A DNA stretch of 64,000 bases from Meiothermus sp. (GTDB taxonomy: Bacteria; Deinococcota; Deinococci; Deinococcales; Thermaceae). Under the pieces are notes generated by a model, which worked only from the letters and a program-made list of their open reading frames with translations, was not told the DNA's origin and did not search any database. The stretch lies in contig JANRLD010000075.1 in the NCBI GenBank assembly GCA_033762915.1, forward strand, positions 1 to 64,000, given 5' to 3'. This document shows positions 31,283-41,320 of this stretch, in pieces. Every line of letters starts with the position of its first letter. The first letter of the stretch is position 1. Both the position numbers and the translations under genes were made by a program.

Positions 31283-32935
31283 TCAACAACCCGCAGGGTC
31301 GTACCAAACCATGCCGTTGCTGCTGGCTCCGCCGTTGAAGACGGGGTTCAGGTTGGACTTGGTCTCGAGGCAGGTCTTGAGCGCGGCGGGGCCAAGGGTG
31401 CGGCCTGACTGTTGCAGGTAGAGGGCAGCAATGCCGGTCACGCCTGGGGCGGCGAAGGAAGAGCCGCTGATCCCAACGTCTTGGTACAGCAGCGGGTTGC
31501 CCCCAACGATGCAGCGGAAGCCCAGGGCGGTGGTGGGGCAGAGGTTGGCCCCGGCGGCAAAGAGGTTGGCGTTTTGGCGGGTGTTGTAGCCTGCTACCCG
31601 CCAGGTGTTGCTGGCGTTGTCGAGGCCCGTGCCCGCCACCGCGACCACATTAGCCAGCGGAAGCGAGACGTTGCCCAGGCCCTGGGCATACCCGGCGGGG
31701 AAGTGGTTGTCGGCAAAGGGGTGGTTGCCACTCGAGGCCACCACCAGTACGTCGTTCTCCATGGCCTTGAGGGCTCCATATACGGCAGTGCTCGAGAGCG
31801 GTGCCCCCAGGCTCAGGTTAACGATGTCGTTGCGCAGATTGGGCGCAGCCGAGGCCGACTGGCCTATCTCCAGCAGACCTCTGGCCACGCTCGAGGCGGG
31901 GCAGTTGCCGTTGTCGTCGCAGACTTTTTTCTCGAAGGTGCTTACGGCGGGGGCCAACAGCTTGATCAGGCTCTCGATGTGGTTGTCGTGGTCGACGAAG
32001 TTGACCGAGGCAGCGCACTGGATTTTGTCGTTGACCCCCAGGCCGCTGCCCATCACGTGTACCCGGATGTTGGTGCCGTCCAGGCTGCCCCGGTTGTTGG
32101 CGTTGCTGGCGGCTTGATAGTTGGGGGCGGTCAGGTTGAAGAAGTTGCCGCTGGTCAGGGGATTCAGCCACTTTTCGATCTGCTCGCAACTGGGGTCGAA
32201 GGAACCCGCCCCGCTGGGGTCCAGGCTGCTCACGGTGTTGCGGTCTACGCTTTGGGTGGGGCGGGCGGCGGCGTAGATGCCGAGGGCTTGTTGGGTTCCG
32301 GCGCTGGTGAAACGCACTGTGCGCAGGCAAACCGCTTGGTCGCCCACGGTGTATTTGAAGGGGCCTTCGACGTTGGAGAACCCGGCAGGCAGGTTCAGGC
32401 ACTGACCGTTGCTGGCGGGTGGGCCGAGCACCGTAAGCTCGCCTGGCTCTACCGAGCCTAGAGGTTGGTAGTCCTGGCTGGCCACCAGGCTGTTGTTGCT
32501 GTTGCGGAACACCTGAACCAACACCGTGCCGCGATTGGCGTAGGCGTTTAACTCGGTGGACGTGGGGGTGGTGAGGTAGGTGTTGACATCGACGCTGGCG
32601 GCAGCGCTCAGGCTGGGGGCGGGAGGAGCGGGGGGCAAGTCAAAGACCACCTTGCCGTTGCTTCGCGAAACCACCGGAAGGGTAAGGGTACCGTACCTAA
32701 CCGTGACCGGAAAGTTGCTGGGCACGGCCAGTTCAACCCGCTCATTCCAGGCAACGTTGGTCATAAGGGCTGCCGCAGAGACCCCCGCCTCCTGCTTGAG
32801 GGCTTCCGCGGGGAGGGCCTCGAGGGTAGAGCTTCCACAGGCCGATAACACCACCACCAACGCTGCCCCAAACCAGTTTTTATACATCCCCCACCCTCCC
32901 TGATCTTTCGCTTTTGTAAAAACAGTTGGTTTCAT
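31283..32935 (-). CDS. Lipoprotein with atypical S8 (subtilase) peptidase domain
   Basis: Lipobox LSAC; IVNLSLG, VASSGN, SGSSFAAP. Alternative start at 32887. Confidence 0.82.
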   Translation of the reverse strand: MKPTVFTKAKDQGGWGMYKNWFGAALVVVLSACGSSTLEALPAEALKQEAGVSAAALMTNVAWNERVELAVPSNFPVTVRYGTLTLPVVSRSNGKVVFDLPPAPPAPSLSAAASVDVNTYLTTPTSTELNAYANRGTVLVQVFRNSNNSLVASQDYQPLGSVEPGELTVLGPPASNGQCLNLPAGFSNVEGPFKYTVGDQAVCLRTVRFTSAGTQQALGIYAAARPTQSVDRNTVSSLDPSGAGSFDPSCEQIEKWLNPLTSGNFFNLTAPNYQAASNANNRGSLDGTNIRVHVMGSGLGVNDKIQCAASVNFVDHDNHIESLIKLLAPAVSTFEKKVCDDNGNCPASSVARGLLEIGQSASAAPNLRNDIVNLSLGAPLSSTAVYGALKAMENDVLVVASSGNHPFADNHFPAGYAQGLGNVSLPLANVVAVAGTGLDNASNTWRVAGYNTRQNANLFAAGANLCPTTALGFRCIVGGNPLLYQDVGISGSSFAAPGVTGIAALYLQQSGRTLGPAALKTCLETKSNLNPVFNGGASSNGMVWYDPAGC

Positions 32936-32956
32936 ACCGCCTCCCCTTTGGTTAAC

Positions 32957-32990
32957 AGAGTAGAAATTGGGTCTTAACGGGGTCTTAACA
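32957..32990 (-). promoter_or_regulatory. Motif A promoter: GTTAAGACC-cc-GTTAAGACC-N7-TACTCT
   Basis: Read directly on the minus strand upstream of the S8 gene. Confidence 0.8.
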
Positions 32991-32995
32991 GGTAT

Positions 32996-35158
32996 CTAGG
33001 CCCATTTGGACGGCCCGATCAAGCTGAACAAGAGGTCTTTGACCGGGCGGGTGTCGTTGATGGACCGCAGGGCTCTCTGGGCGCTGCCGACCCGCTCGGA
33101 CTTGTCCGCTATCCCCAGCAAACTGTAGAGTTCGTCCAGCTTTCCCAACAGCCGGTGCGCCTTGGATGGGTTGTTCTCTTGCAGAGACTTTTCGATGTTT
33201 CGTGCCAGCACCGTTTCATAGTCTTTGATGTATACCGCCAGGGCATCGGCATGGTTGCTCTGGCGCAGCAAATCAATGGCGACTTCAATTCCGTCTGGGT
33301 CGTTGTCCAGGAAAGCGATGTTTCCGACTGCCCTGCCCTGAATCACAAACTCACCGGCTTGTGCGGCGCATGAGATGGCTTTGGAAAACTGTTCTCGAGC
33401 CTCGTCTATCTTTTCCTGACCCAGATACACCATCCCTAAGTTAAGGTGGAGCCGCGCGGAAATCTCGAGGGTGTTGGCTCGTTCGGCGTGCTCATGGGCT
33501 TCGACAAAGTACTCCTCGGCCTTGTCCAGCTGCGTGCGCCGTTGCCACAACAGCCCAATGTTGAGCAGAATCCGCGCCCTTAAGGTCGGGTTGTCCCCGG
33601 TCTGCTCGAGGGCTTGCAGGGTTTGCTGGTAGGCTTGTTCGGCATTGGCCTGGAGCGCCTCGAGGCGTTCGGCGCTCTGACCCTCTTTTTCTGCCAGCTG
33701 GGCCAGTTCGTCCAGCGCCATCGCGTGGTTGTTCAGGCTGCCTACCCAGCGGTTCTTCTCGCCCGCCGTCAGGTAAAGGCTGGCGGCCTTTTTGAAGCTC
33801 GAGGCCGCGTCCAGGAAGCGCTCCTCGGAGTGGGCCAGATAGCCCAGGGTGTTATTGGCGGTGGCCTTGGCCCACAGCCAGTCCAGCCCGCTTTGCACTG
33901 CTTGCTCGGCGGCGGCCCTGGCCTCATGGCTCTTGCCCGTGCGCCACAGCAGCACCGAGCGCAGCGCGACCATGCTGGGGGTGTGCTGGGCCTCGGGGAT
34001 ATCGGCCGTGAGCACCAAAGCCTCTTTGAAACGGCCTAAGCGCTCGAGGGCGTAGGCTTCAAGGAAGCGCACCTGGGGTTCGGGGTCGGCCTCGGCCACC
34101 TGCTCGGCAGCGCGGAGTTCACCCAAAACCTCCAAGGTCTCCGCAAACTTCAGACCGTTCATCAGGGTTTGGGCTTGGGCAAGGTAGGCGGTGCGGGCCC
34201 GGGGGAAGTCGCCAGCCCCCCCGAAGCCGTGGGTACTTTGGTGAATCTGTCGGTAGAGCGCGAAGGCTTGCTCGGGCGGAGTCGAGCGGGCCAGTGAGAG
34301 CAGCAACGGCACGCGCTCGGTGGGGTGCTGCTCGAGCCAGCGCAGGGCCATCTCGCCTGCCAGAACCGCCGTGCTCGAGCTAATAAAACCGCCCAAAATT
34401 AGTTCTCCCCGCGCTTCGGAAATGTCGCCGATGGAGAGTTTTAGGGCGTTGCGGGTGATGGTCAGGTTGGGCTGGGTCTGCAAGGCCAGCGCCAAGAAGA
34501 CCTGTTGGGCAGTGGGGGAGAGGTCTTCGAAGCCGGTCTTGAGGTCGGTCTCGAGGTTTGAGGCCAGACTGCTACCGGTCTGGGCCAGGAGGTGTTGGAG
34601 CCTCGAGAGGGTGGCGGGCTCCATCTGGGGCGCGTCGGGCAGGCTGTAGGCCCGTTCGGCCAGGGTGCGGGCTTCACGGCGGTCTCCTTTGGACAGTTGG
34701 GCCTCAGCCAGTTGCAAGAGGGCACTCTGCGCCTTCTGGGCCAGCACCTCGCGCTGTTCCAATATCCAGTCCAGCAGTTCGGGGCTGACCTCGAGGTCCA
34801 CCAGCGGCTTGCCCAGGTCGTGCAGGAAGGAGCCAGAGTACAGCTCTAGGGCCTGCTCGAGCTGGCCTTGCTCCATCAACTCCACAAACTCCACCGCGTC
34901 GCATTTCAACCGTACCGGGATGGGGTCGAGGCCGGCCTTGTCGGGGATGATGCCCGCGCCGCCCTCCTTCTTGAGTTGGTTGAGCACCACTGAGAGCTGG
35001 CCCAGACGCTTCTGGGTCTCGCCCTCAGTCCAGAATAGCTCGGCCAGGCGGCGGCGCTCCTGCGGCCCCTCGAGGGCGATGTAGGCCAGCATCAGCAAGG
35101 GCTTAGGGCGGGAGAAGCCCGACTCCAGCCTTGCCCTGCCGAAGGTCTCGAGTTTCAT
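32996..35158 (-). CDS. SARP/BTAD-type transcriptional regulator with C-terminal TPRs and no recognisable P-loop
   Basis: LAYIALEGPQERRRLAELFW, CDAVEF, ALELYSGSFL; TPR-like helices. Confidence 0.82.
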   Translation of the reverse strand: MKLETFGRARLESGFSRPKPLLMLAYIALEGPQERRRLAELFWTEGETQKRLGQLSVVLNQLKKEGGAGIIPDKAGLDPIPVRLKCDAVEFVELMEQGQLEQALELYSGSFLHDLGKPLVDLEVSPELLDWILEQREVLAQKAQSALLQLAEAQLSKGDRREARTLAERAYSLPDAPQMEPATLSRLQHLLAQTGSSLASNLETDLKTGFEDLSPTAQQVFLALALQTQPNLTITRNALKLSIGDISEARGELILGGFISSSTAVLAGEMALRWLEQHPTERVPLLLSLARSTPPEQAFALYRQIHQSTHGFGGAGDFPRARTAYLAQAQTLMNGLKFAETLEVLGELRAAEQVAEADPEPQVRFLEAYALERLGRFKEALVLTADIPEAQHTPSMVALRSVLLWRTGKSHEARAAAEQAVQSGLDWLWAKATANNTLGYLAHSEERFLDAASSFKKAASLYLTAGEKNRWVGSLNNHAMALDELAQLAEKEGQSAERLEALQANAEQAYQQTLQALEQTGDNPTLRARILLNIGLLWQRRTQLDKAEEYFVEAHEHAERANTLEISARLHLNLGMVYLGQEKIDEAREQFSKAISCAAQAGEFVIQGRAVGNIAFLDNDPDGIEVAIDLLRQSNHADALAVYIKDYETVLARNIEKSLQENNPSKAHRLLGKLDELYSLLGIADKSERVGSAQRALRSINDTRPVKDLLFSLIGPSKWA

Positions 35159-35277
35159 GTGAAGTGAATTTACCAAAACCAGCCCCTCCAGCGCCATTTT
35201 GGGTGCTGTTATGAGGGTGTTACTGGGTTTGGGCAGGGCAGTCATGGGTGGCCTTTGGGTATCGCTCTAGGGGTCTT

Positions 35278-35377
35278 TCGTTTCACCAGCGTTTCAAAGT
35301 TGGAAAGGGGTCGAAGGTCTAGGAGTGATTCTTTCTATGGAGTCAGCCTAAAACCACAGCGTTCCACCAGCGTTCCA
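35278..35377 (-). promoter_or_regulatory. Motif B: two pairs of TG(G/A)AACG(C/A) direct repeats with 11-bp period upstream of the SARP-TPR gene
   Basis: GCGTTCCA 35359/35370 and (T/G)CGTTTCA 35278/35289 on +; TAGGCT 8 nt downstream on -. Confidence 0.7.
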
Positions 35378-35400
35378 TCCGCATAGCAGCCGGGACGGCT

Positions 35401-35445
35401 TGTTAAGACCGCATTTAGACCTTGTTTAGACCCCCCATCCAGACT
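35401..35445 (+). promoter_or_regulatory. Motif A promoter (three units) -N7-CAGACT
   Basis: TGTTAAGACCG CATTTAGACCT TGTTTAGACC. Confidence 0.82.
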
Positions 35446-35496
35446 GTCCTTACCAAACAGCCAAGCGAGCTGAATGCGAAAGGCGAGGTGAGGGAA

Positions 35497-36966
35497 ATGA
35501 AGCAGTGGATCGCAAAAACCGGGTTGGCGGGAATGTTGGCGGTATTGGCAGCCTGCGGCAGCAGTGTTGGGGTTCCAACCCCTGAAGTAGAAAACCAGCT
35601 CGAAGCAGGGTTGGTGGGAGCGATGGCGGCAGGGGATTTGGATCTTGGATTTTTAGGCACAGGAAAGCTGGAAGTGGGTTGGTCGGGATGGGAGAGTAGG
35701 GCTAAAGGAATGGCGGTAGACCCTCTGAACAATGAGGTGGTAATTGTAGGCACCCAATTCGACCCGGCGACCGGCAATGAACGTATCGCCCTGACTCGAG
35801 TCAACCCTAATGGCAGCTTGGCAGGTGGGTTTGATGGAGACAACACCATGCCCGGTTTTCCCGGCAATGGCAAAGTAACCACAGACATTCCTGGGGTGAG
35901 CGAAGAAAACGTCCGGGCTGTTGCCATTGACCCCTATTCCCGAAAAATCGTGGTGGTCGGCTCTGTCTATAATTTGAACAACCGTACCGATGTATTCGTG
36001 GCCCGCTATAACCCCGACGGTACGCTCGATGCTTCTTTTGGCAGCGCGGCTACGGGCATCGTTGTAACATCGGTTTCACTCTATGACGATTGGGCCGCAG
36101 ATGTAGCAATCATCGCCAGTACTACAGGTGATGGAAAGATTCTGGTGGCTGGTGGCACAGATATGAACGGTAGCGACGACTTTTTGCTGATGCGCTACAA
36201 TGCCAACGAGAACCTCTCGAGCTTTGGCTCCACGGGCAACGGGATCGTCACCACCTCCTTCACCAGCACCGACGACTCGGCGGTGGCTGTAGCGATCCTT
36301 AGCAGCGGTAACATCGTGCTGGGCGGTACCAACGGCGACCTGGACTTTGCCCTAGCCCAGTACACCCCAGATGGGTTGCTCGACGTCAACTTCGACGGGG
36401 ACCTCGCCATGCCGGGGTATCCGGGCAACGGCAAGGTGACCGCCCGCATAGCCCCCCTGCGCGGCATTGACGTGGCCACCGACATTACTGTTGGCGGGCA
36501 GGGTCGCATTTCGATGTCGGGCTGGACGGAGCTGAGCGTGGGAACCTACCAGTTTGCGCTGCTGCGCTTCAATAGCAACGGCACCCTCGACACCGGTTTT
36601 GATGGCGATGTTGGTATGGTGGGCTATCCCGGCAACGGTAAGGTTCGGCTGCCCATTGGCTCGAGCGCCAAAGCAAACGCCCTAATGTGGGACGGCTCGA
36701 GCCGCTTGGTGGTGGTTGGGGAAAGCTTTGGGATAAACGGCACCGATAAAGAGTTTGTGGTGACCCGCTTCAACAACAACGGTTCCCTCGATACCACGTT
36801 CTCCGCCAACGGTGCATTGGCCGGTATCAAACATACCGACTGGAGCAGCACCGACGAGGAATCTGCGGTAGCAGTAGCGTTTGCTAATAGCGGAAAAATC
36901 TGGGTGGCGGGTACTGTATCTATTAACAGTTTGGTCAGCTTTGGTTTAGCCCGCTACGAAAACTAA
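35497..36966 (+). CDS. Lipoprotein with delta-60-type beta-propeller repeats
   Basis: Lipobox LAAC; repeated KIVV.G, ARYN.DG.LD..F and FDGD..M.G.PGNGKV. Confidence 0.85.
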   Translation: MKQWIAKTGLAGMLAVLAACGSSVGVPTPEVENQLEAGLVGAMAAGDLDLGFLGTGKLEVGWSGWESRAKGMAVDPLNNEVVIVGTQFDPATGNERIALTRVNPNGSLAGGFDGDNTMPGFPGNGKVTTDIPGVSEENVRAVAIDPYSRKIVVVGSVYNLNNRTDVFVARYNPDGTLDASFGSAATGIVVTSVSLYDDWAADVAIIASTTGDGKILVAGGTDMNGSDDFLLMRYNANENLSSFGSTGNGIVTTSFTSTDDSAVAVAILSSGNIVLGGTNGDLDFALAQYTPDGLLDVNFDGDLAMPGYPGNGKVTARIAPLRGIDVATDITVGGQGRISMSGWTELSVGTYQFALLRFNSNGTLDTGFDGDVGMVGYPGNGKVRLPIGSSAKANALMWDGSSRLVVVGESFGINGTDKEFVVTRFNNNGSLDTTFSANGALAGIKHTDWSSTDEESAVAVAFANSGKIWVAGTVSINSLVSFGLARYEN

Positions 36967-36979
36967 ACACCAACCTTCG

Positions 36980-37012
36980 AACCCCTCGAGAGCCTCCCTC
37001 GAGGGGGTTTTT
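36980..37012 (+). terminator. Rho-independent terminator
   Basis: ACCCCTCGAG..CTCGAGGGGG followed by a T-run. Confidence 0.78.
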
Positions 37013-37025
37013 CTTTCTCCAAGCC

Positions 37026-37059
37026 CGTTAAGACCTCGTTAAGACCCCCTTTTCATACT
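37026..37059 (+). promoter_or_regulatory. Motif A promoter -N7-CATACT
   Basis: CGTTAAGACCTCGTTAAGACC. Confidence 0.82.
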
Positions 37060-37113
37060 CGGACTATCCAAAATCAGCAATGTCTTTCAAGCGTTGCTGT
37101 TAGGGAGGTGTGT

Positions 37114-37983
37114 ATGAAACAGTTTATGTACAGTTTAGTGGCTCTGGTTGCGGTGTTGGCCTTGGCGGCTTGTGGTTCTTCGGGTGGAAGTAACACGGCG
37201 GGCTTCAACGACATTGGGGAGGACTTTGCCGAGGACATGGATGCGGCGATAGATGACTTTACCTTTGCCGGGGCCACCACCCCCAGGGCTTCAGCCGCTT
37301 CGGTGGAATCACAGGCCCTGCCCGCCTGCGTCAGCGTCAGCCCCAATCCGCCCGCCGATGCCGACGGCGACGGAATGCCCAACCAGGCCACCCTCACCTT
37401 CACCAACTGCACCCGCGTTGGGGGTGCGGGGGCGGTATGGACGCTCAACGGCAGCCGCATCTTTAGCGATCCCGACGGAAATTCGGCCACCAATACCACA
37501 TCCGGTTTTGACATGCAGATCGTCACTCCGGGTTTTGTGTTCGAGAAACGCACTCCCGGCGGGACGCTGATCAAAAAGATGACCCGCAACGGCCTCCGCT
37601 CCCCACGCCTCAACGCCGGAACCATCCGCTTCCAGCACACCCTGACCACCTTTGTCGAGCGCCCCACAGGCCAGCCCGCCACCAACATCAACAATCTGCT
37701 GTTGGTCTTCACCCCCGCAGCCGGACAGGTCATTGCCCTCAATCAGCCTCTGCCCGACGGCAGTGTGAACATCACCGGTAGCTTCTCTCACACCCGTGGG
37801 GCCACCAACTACAGCGTCAATGTGAGTACCCCCACCGCCCTACAGCACAGCGCAGCCTGTGCCAGCCAGCGCTTTGTGGCGGGTCAGCTGCGGCTGGTCT
37901 TCGCAGGTACCGGCCCGTCGGGAAACCTGGACATCACCTTCAACGCCTGCGGAACTGCGCCAACCTTGGTATTTACCCCATAA
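37114..37983 (+). CDS. Hypothetical beta-rich lipoprotein
   Basis: Lipobox LAAC; DADGDG loop; paired cysteines; RBS GGAGG. Confidence 0.8.
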   Translation: MKQFMYSLVALVAVLALAACGSSGGSNTAGFNDIGEDFAEDMDAAIDDFTFAGATTPRASAASVESQALPACVSVSPNPPADADGDGMPNQATLTFTNCTRVGGAGAVWTLNGSRIFSDPDGNSATNTTSGFDMQIVTPGFVFEKRTPGGTLIKKMTRNGLRSPRLNAGTIRFQHTLTTFVERPTGQPATNINNLLLVFTPAAGQVIALNQPLPDGSVNITGSFSHTRGATNYSVNVSTPTALQHSAACASQRFVAGQLRLVFAGTGPSGNLDITFNACGTAPTLVFTP

Positions 37984-38000
37984 GGTCTTAACAACCCTCG

Positions 38001-38024
38001 AGGCGGCCTGCGGGCCGCCTTTTT
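38001..38024 (+). terminator. Rho-independent terminator
   Basis: AGGCGGCC..GGCCGCCT TTTT. Confidence 0.75.
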
Positions 38025-38080
38025 GTGCTGAGGTCGGAGTACACCGCCTCAAGCGCGGTTTTTCTATACAATCAATTGTA

Positions 38081-41000
38081 ATGAAAGTACGACTTCGCCT
38101 GCTGGGTGCGCCTCGCCTCGAGGCGGACGGGGCGGTTTCCGACCTTCCTCTGGATCGCCCGGCCTCGCTGGGCTACTACCTCGCCCAGCGGGGCGACTGG
38201 GTTCGGCGCGGCGAACTGGCCTACCTCTACAGCCCAGAGGCCGACGAGTCTTTGGCCGCCAGCAACCTGCGTAAGCTGGTCTACCGGCTGCGCCAGCAGG
38301 GTTGGGCAGAGGACCTCGAGGCCGAACCCTCGCGGCTGCGCCTTCAGATACCCAGCGATGTGCGGGCCTTTCGCGACGCCCTAGAGCGCCGGGACTGGCC
38401 CACGGCCCTCGAGCTGTACACAGGGCCGTTCCTCGAGGGGCTGGCCTTCCCCGACTTGGGCGGCTACGACGCCTGGCTGGAGCTAGAGCGCCAGGACCTG
38501 TCGCGGGCCTGGCGCACTGCATTGCTGGAGCAGGTGGGGCAGCTCGAGGGCCAGTCCGACTGGGCCGGGGCCGAGCGTTGGCTGAGACAGCTGCACAAGG
38601 CCGAGCCGCTGGACGAGGAAGGGGTGCAAGCCCTGATGCGGGTCTTGCGCGCAGCGGGCAGACCGGGGCAGGCCCGCGAGGTATTCGATCGGTTCCGCCG
38701 CGAGCTGGGGGCCGAGCTGGGAGCCGAGCCGCTCGAGGCCACTCGAGCCCTGGCCGAAAGCCTGCGCATAGGGGGCGCGGCGGCCCACGAGCCACCCCGC
38801 CCTGCCCACAATTTGCCGGCCGCCGGCACCCGCTTTGTGGGGCGCAAGCGCGAACTCGAGGCGCTCTCGCGTCAGCTCGCCAACCCGGACTGCCGCCTCC
38901 TGACCCTGGTGGGCCTTGGGGGAATCGGGAAGACCCGGCTAGCCTTGGAGCTGGCCACCCAGCAGATCGAGAGCTTCGCGGATGGCGTATGGCTGGTGCC
39001 CCTCGCGGGGGTCTCGGGGCCGGAGATGTTGGTCTCGAGCCTGGCCTCGGCGCTGGGGCTGGTGTTCAGCGGGCCCAGCGACCCCCAGGTGCAGCTGCTC
39101 AACTATCTGCGGGGCAAGGAGTCCCTGCTGGTCCTGGATAACTTCGAGCACCTGCTCGAGGGCGGCCTGCTGCTGGAGGAGCTGCTGGCCCAGGCCCCAA
39201 AGCTCAGGCTCCTGGTCACCTCGCGGGTGGCCCTCGAGACCCCCAGCGAGTGGCTTTACGACCTCGAGGGCTTGACCTACCCACCCCAGGGCACCGACCA
39301 GGACCTCGACGGCTTCGACGCGGTACGCCTGTTTGTGGGCCGGGCCGAGCGGCTTTCCAACCGCTTTGTGCTCACCCCGGTCACCCTCGAGGCCGTCGCC
39401 GAGCTGACCCGCCGGGTGCAGGGCCTGCCGCTGGCCCTGGAGCTGGCCGCGACCTGGGTTCGGGGCTTGAGCGTGGGGGAGATCCTGGCCCAGTTGGAGC
39501 GGGGCTTCGGACCCCTGCAGTCTGATCAGCCGGGCCTGCCCGAGCGCCAGCGCAGCCTCCAGGCCATCCTCGAGTACTCCTGGCGGCTCCTTTCCGAGGG
39601 CGAGCAGGCTGTGCTGGCAAGGCTCTCGGTGTTCCGGGGCGGCTTCACCCTCGAGGCCGCCCAGCACGTGGCAGGGGCGCACTTGGGGCTGCTACTGCGC
39701 TTCATCAACCAAGCCCTGGTGCGGCGCGACGAGGACGGGCGCTACGACATGCACGAGCTGGTGCGCCAGTTCGCGGCGGGGAAGCTCGAACCTTCGGATC
39801 ATGCCGCTGTTTTGGAGAAGTTCAGCGGCTACTTCTATGAGCAGTTGCAGACCTGGGGACGGGTGTTCAGGGGTGAGATTCAGCCCGACACAGTCGAGCA
39901 GTGTCGCCGGGAACTGGGCAATCTCTTCTCGGCTTTGGGTCATCTGGCGGCATCCGGCGAGGCAACAAGGCTGAGGAGCGCTCTCGCGGACTTTTATCCG
40001 GTAATCGAGATCCTGGGTCTGTTCAAGAACGGCATCCTCGTACTGGACATGGTTGGTGAGGCTCTCGAAACTACCCAGTGTTCTGACCAAGGTTTGTGGG
40101 GAGCGCTCGAGGCGGTTAAGAGCTATTTTCAAATTAAGGTTGGCAAAGACGAAGACTCTAAAGCCATGGCCGAGGCCAGTATGGCCCGCCTGGAGCCTGT
40201 AGGGTCTTCAGTCTTTTTGGGTGTGGCCCAGTACACCACTGCCATGTACCACCACTTTGGTGGAGCCCTCGTTCAGGCCAAGCTCTGGTACGAGAAAGCC
40301 CTGACGACCTTCGAGGCGGTTGGAGGCCAGTCGGAGCGGTGCCGTGTGCTGAACCGGATCGCCGTCGTGATGAAGCAGATGGAGCGCTACGAGGAGTCGA
40401 ATCGTTACTTCGAACAGGCGTTGGCCCTATCCGTCGAAATAGGCGATCTGTCCGAACGTGGCATCATCCTAAACAATTACGGGATTAACTTCGAGTCCCT
40501 TGGCCAGATAGATAAGGCTATTGAGATGTACGAGGAGAGCCTGCGCATCTGTGAGCGCGTGAACTACCAACGGGGGAGGTCGGCTGCCCTCACCAACCTT
40601 GGGCACATTCATGAGCGCCGCAGGGAGCACAAGCAAGCCAAAGAGTACTACCAGCGAAGCCTCGAGATAAAGCGGGTCTTGGGAGAGCCGATTCCTCTGG
40701 CCATCTCTTTGATCAATCTCGCCGATGTCCAGTATGCCCTCGGCGAGGACGAGGCAGGGCATCAGGCCAACTGGCTGGCCCTCAATCACATCCTCGAGGC
40801 CAATGCGCTGATGTACGCTGCCCGCTCGCTCTGGTCTTTTTGCAAGTTTTTCTCCGAGAGGGATGCCCTCGACTCCGCTTGCTTCCTGGCGTACTTCCTA
40901 TACGCCTCATCCGAATGTGAGCAATGGGTTCGAGATGAGGCCGACGAGTTCATTGCCCGTCATTCTGGCGGCCTCAACACATCCCAGCTGCAGCAAATCA

Positions 41001-41095
41001 GGCAGCAGGCTGAGGGTAAAACTTATCAACAAATTGCCGATTGGGTCAGAGGAGCGGTCGCATCTTTAGCCTCTCAACCACAGAGGCGGGCCTAA
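38081..41095 (+). CDS. AfsR-like STAND regulator: SARP wHTH-BTAD, NB-ARC-type ATPase, TPR sensor
   Basis: ALELYTGPFL, EPLDEE, FVGRKREL, GLGGIGKTRL, LVLDNFEH, GLPLALELAA, TPRs. Confidence 0.92.
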   Translation: MKVRLRLLGAPRLEADGAVSDLPLDRPASLGYYLAQRGDWVRRGELAYLYSPEADESLAASNLRKLVYRLRQQGWAEDLEAEPSRLRLQIPSDVRAFRDALERRDWPTALELYTGPFLEGLAFPDLGGYDAWLELERQDLSRAWRTALLEQVGQLEGQSDWAGAERWLRQLHKAEPLDEEGVQALMRVLRAAGRPGQAREVFDRFRRELGAELGAEPLEATRALAESLRIGGAAAHEPPRPAHNLPAAGTRFVGRKRELEALSRQLANPDCRLLTLVGLGGIGKTRLALELATQQIESFADGVWLVPLAGVSGPEMLVSSLASALGLVFSGPSDPQVQLLNYLRGKESLLVLDNFEHLLEGGLLLEELLAQAPKLRLLVTSRVALETPSEWLYDLEGLTYPPQGTDQDLDGFDAVRLFVGRAERLSNRFVLTPVTLEAVAELTRRVQGLPLALELAATWVRGLSVGEILAQLERGFGPLQSDQPGLPERQRSLQAILEYSWRLLSEGEQAVLARLSVFRGGFTLEAAQHVAGAHLGLLLRFINQALVRRDEDGRYDMHELVRQFAAGKLEPSDHAAVLEKFSGYFYEQLQTWGRVFRGEIQPDTVEQCRRELGNLFSALGHLAASGEATRLRSALADFYPVIEILGLFKNGILVLDMVGEALETTQCSDQGLWGALEAVKSYFQIKVGKDEDSKAMAEASMARLEPVGSSVFLGVAQYTTAMYHHFGGALVQAKLWYEKALTTFEAVGGQSERCRVLNRIAVVMKQMERYEESNRYFEQALALSVEIGDLSERGIILNNYGINFESLGQIDKAIEMYEESLRICERVNYQRGRSAALTNLGHIHERRREHKQAKEYYQRSLEIKRVLGEPIPLAISLINLADVQYALGEDEAGHQANWLALNHILEANALMYAARSLWSFCKFFSERDALDSACFLAYFLYASSECEQWVRDEADEFIARHSGGLNTSQLQQIRQQAEGKTYQQIADWVRGAVASLASQPQRRA

Positions 41096-41124
41096 TCTTG
41101 GGGCAAAGACTAAGCGTTTTCATA

Positions 41125-41260
41125 GTTGCAATATGGAATGTCGCCCGACAGCTGCCGCAGGGAATTGCGTCTCGAGTAGCCGCTTTGCGGCTATGGCGTA
41201 CTTTATTCCGCTCTGGGACGTACTTACCGCTTCTGCAGATACTGCACTTCTACCCTCGCT
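41125..41260 (+). repeat. Dispersed degenerate repeat (MITE-like family), similar to 49081-49225
   Basis: Shared TGTCGCCCG.CAGCT.CCGCAGGGAA.TGCG and GCACTTCTACCCT. Confidence 0.7.
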
Positions 41261-41287
41261 TAGAACTCCCGAGCCGCTTGAAGTAAT

Positions 41288-41320
41288 TGGAACGCCAGTG
41301 GAACGCCCAGTCTACAAACT
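41288..41320 (+). promoter_or_regulatory. Motif B promoter: TGGAACGC x2 (11-bp period)-N8-CAAACT-N6-ATG
   Basis: Read directly; same geometry as 35345-35377. Confidence 0.75.

Noticed and set aside
37981..37992. Reverse GTTAAGACC at the end of gene 37114
   Set aside because: Single half-site with no 11-bp partner or correctly spaced -10, so it is not counted in the regulon.
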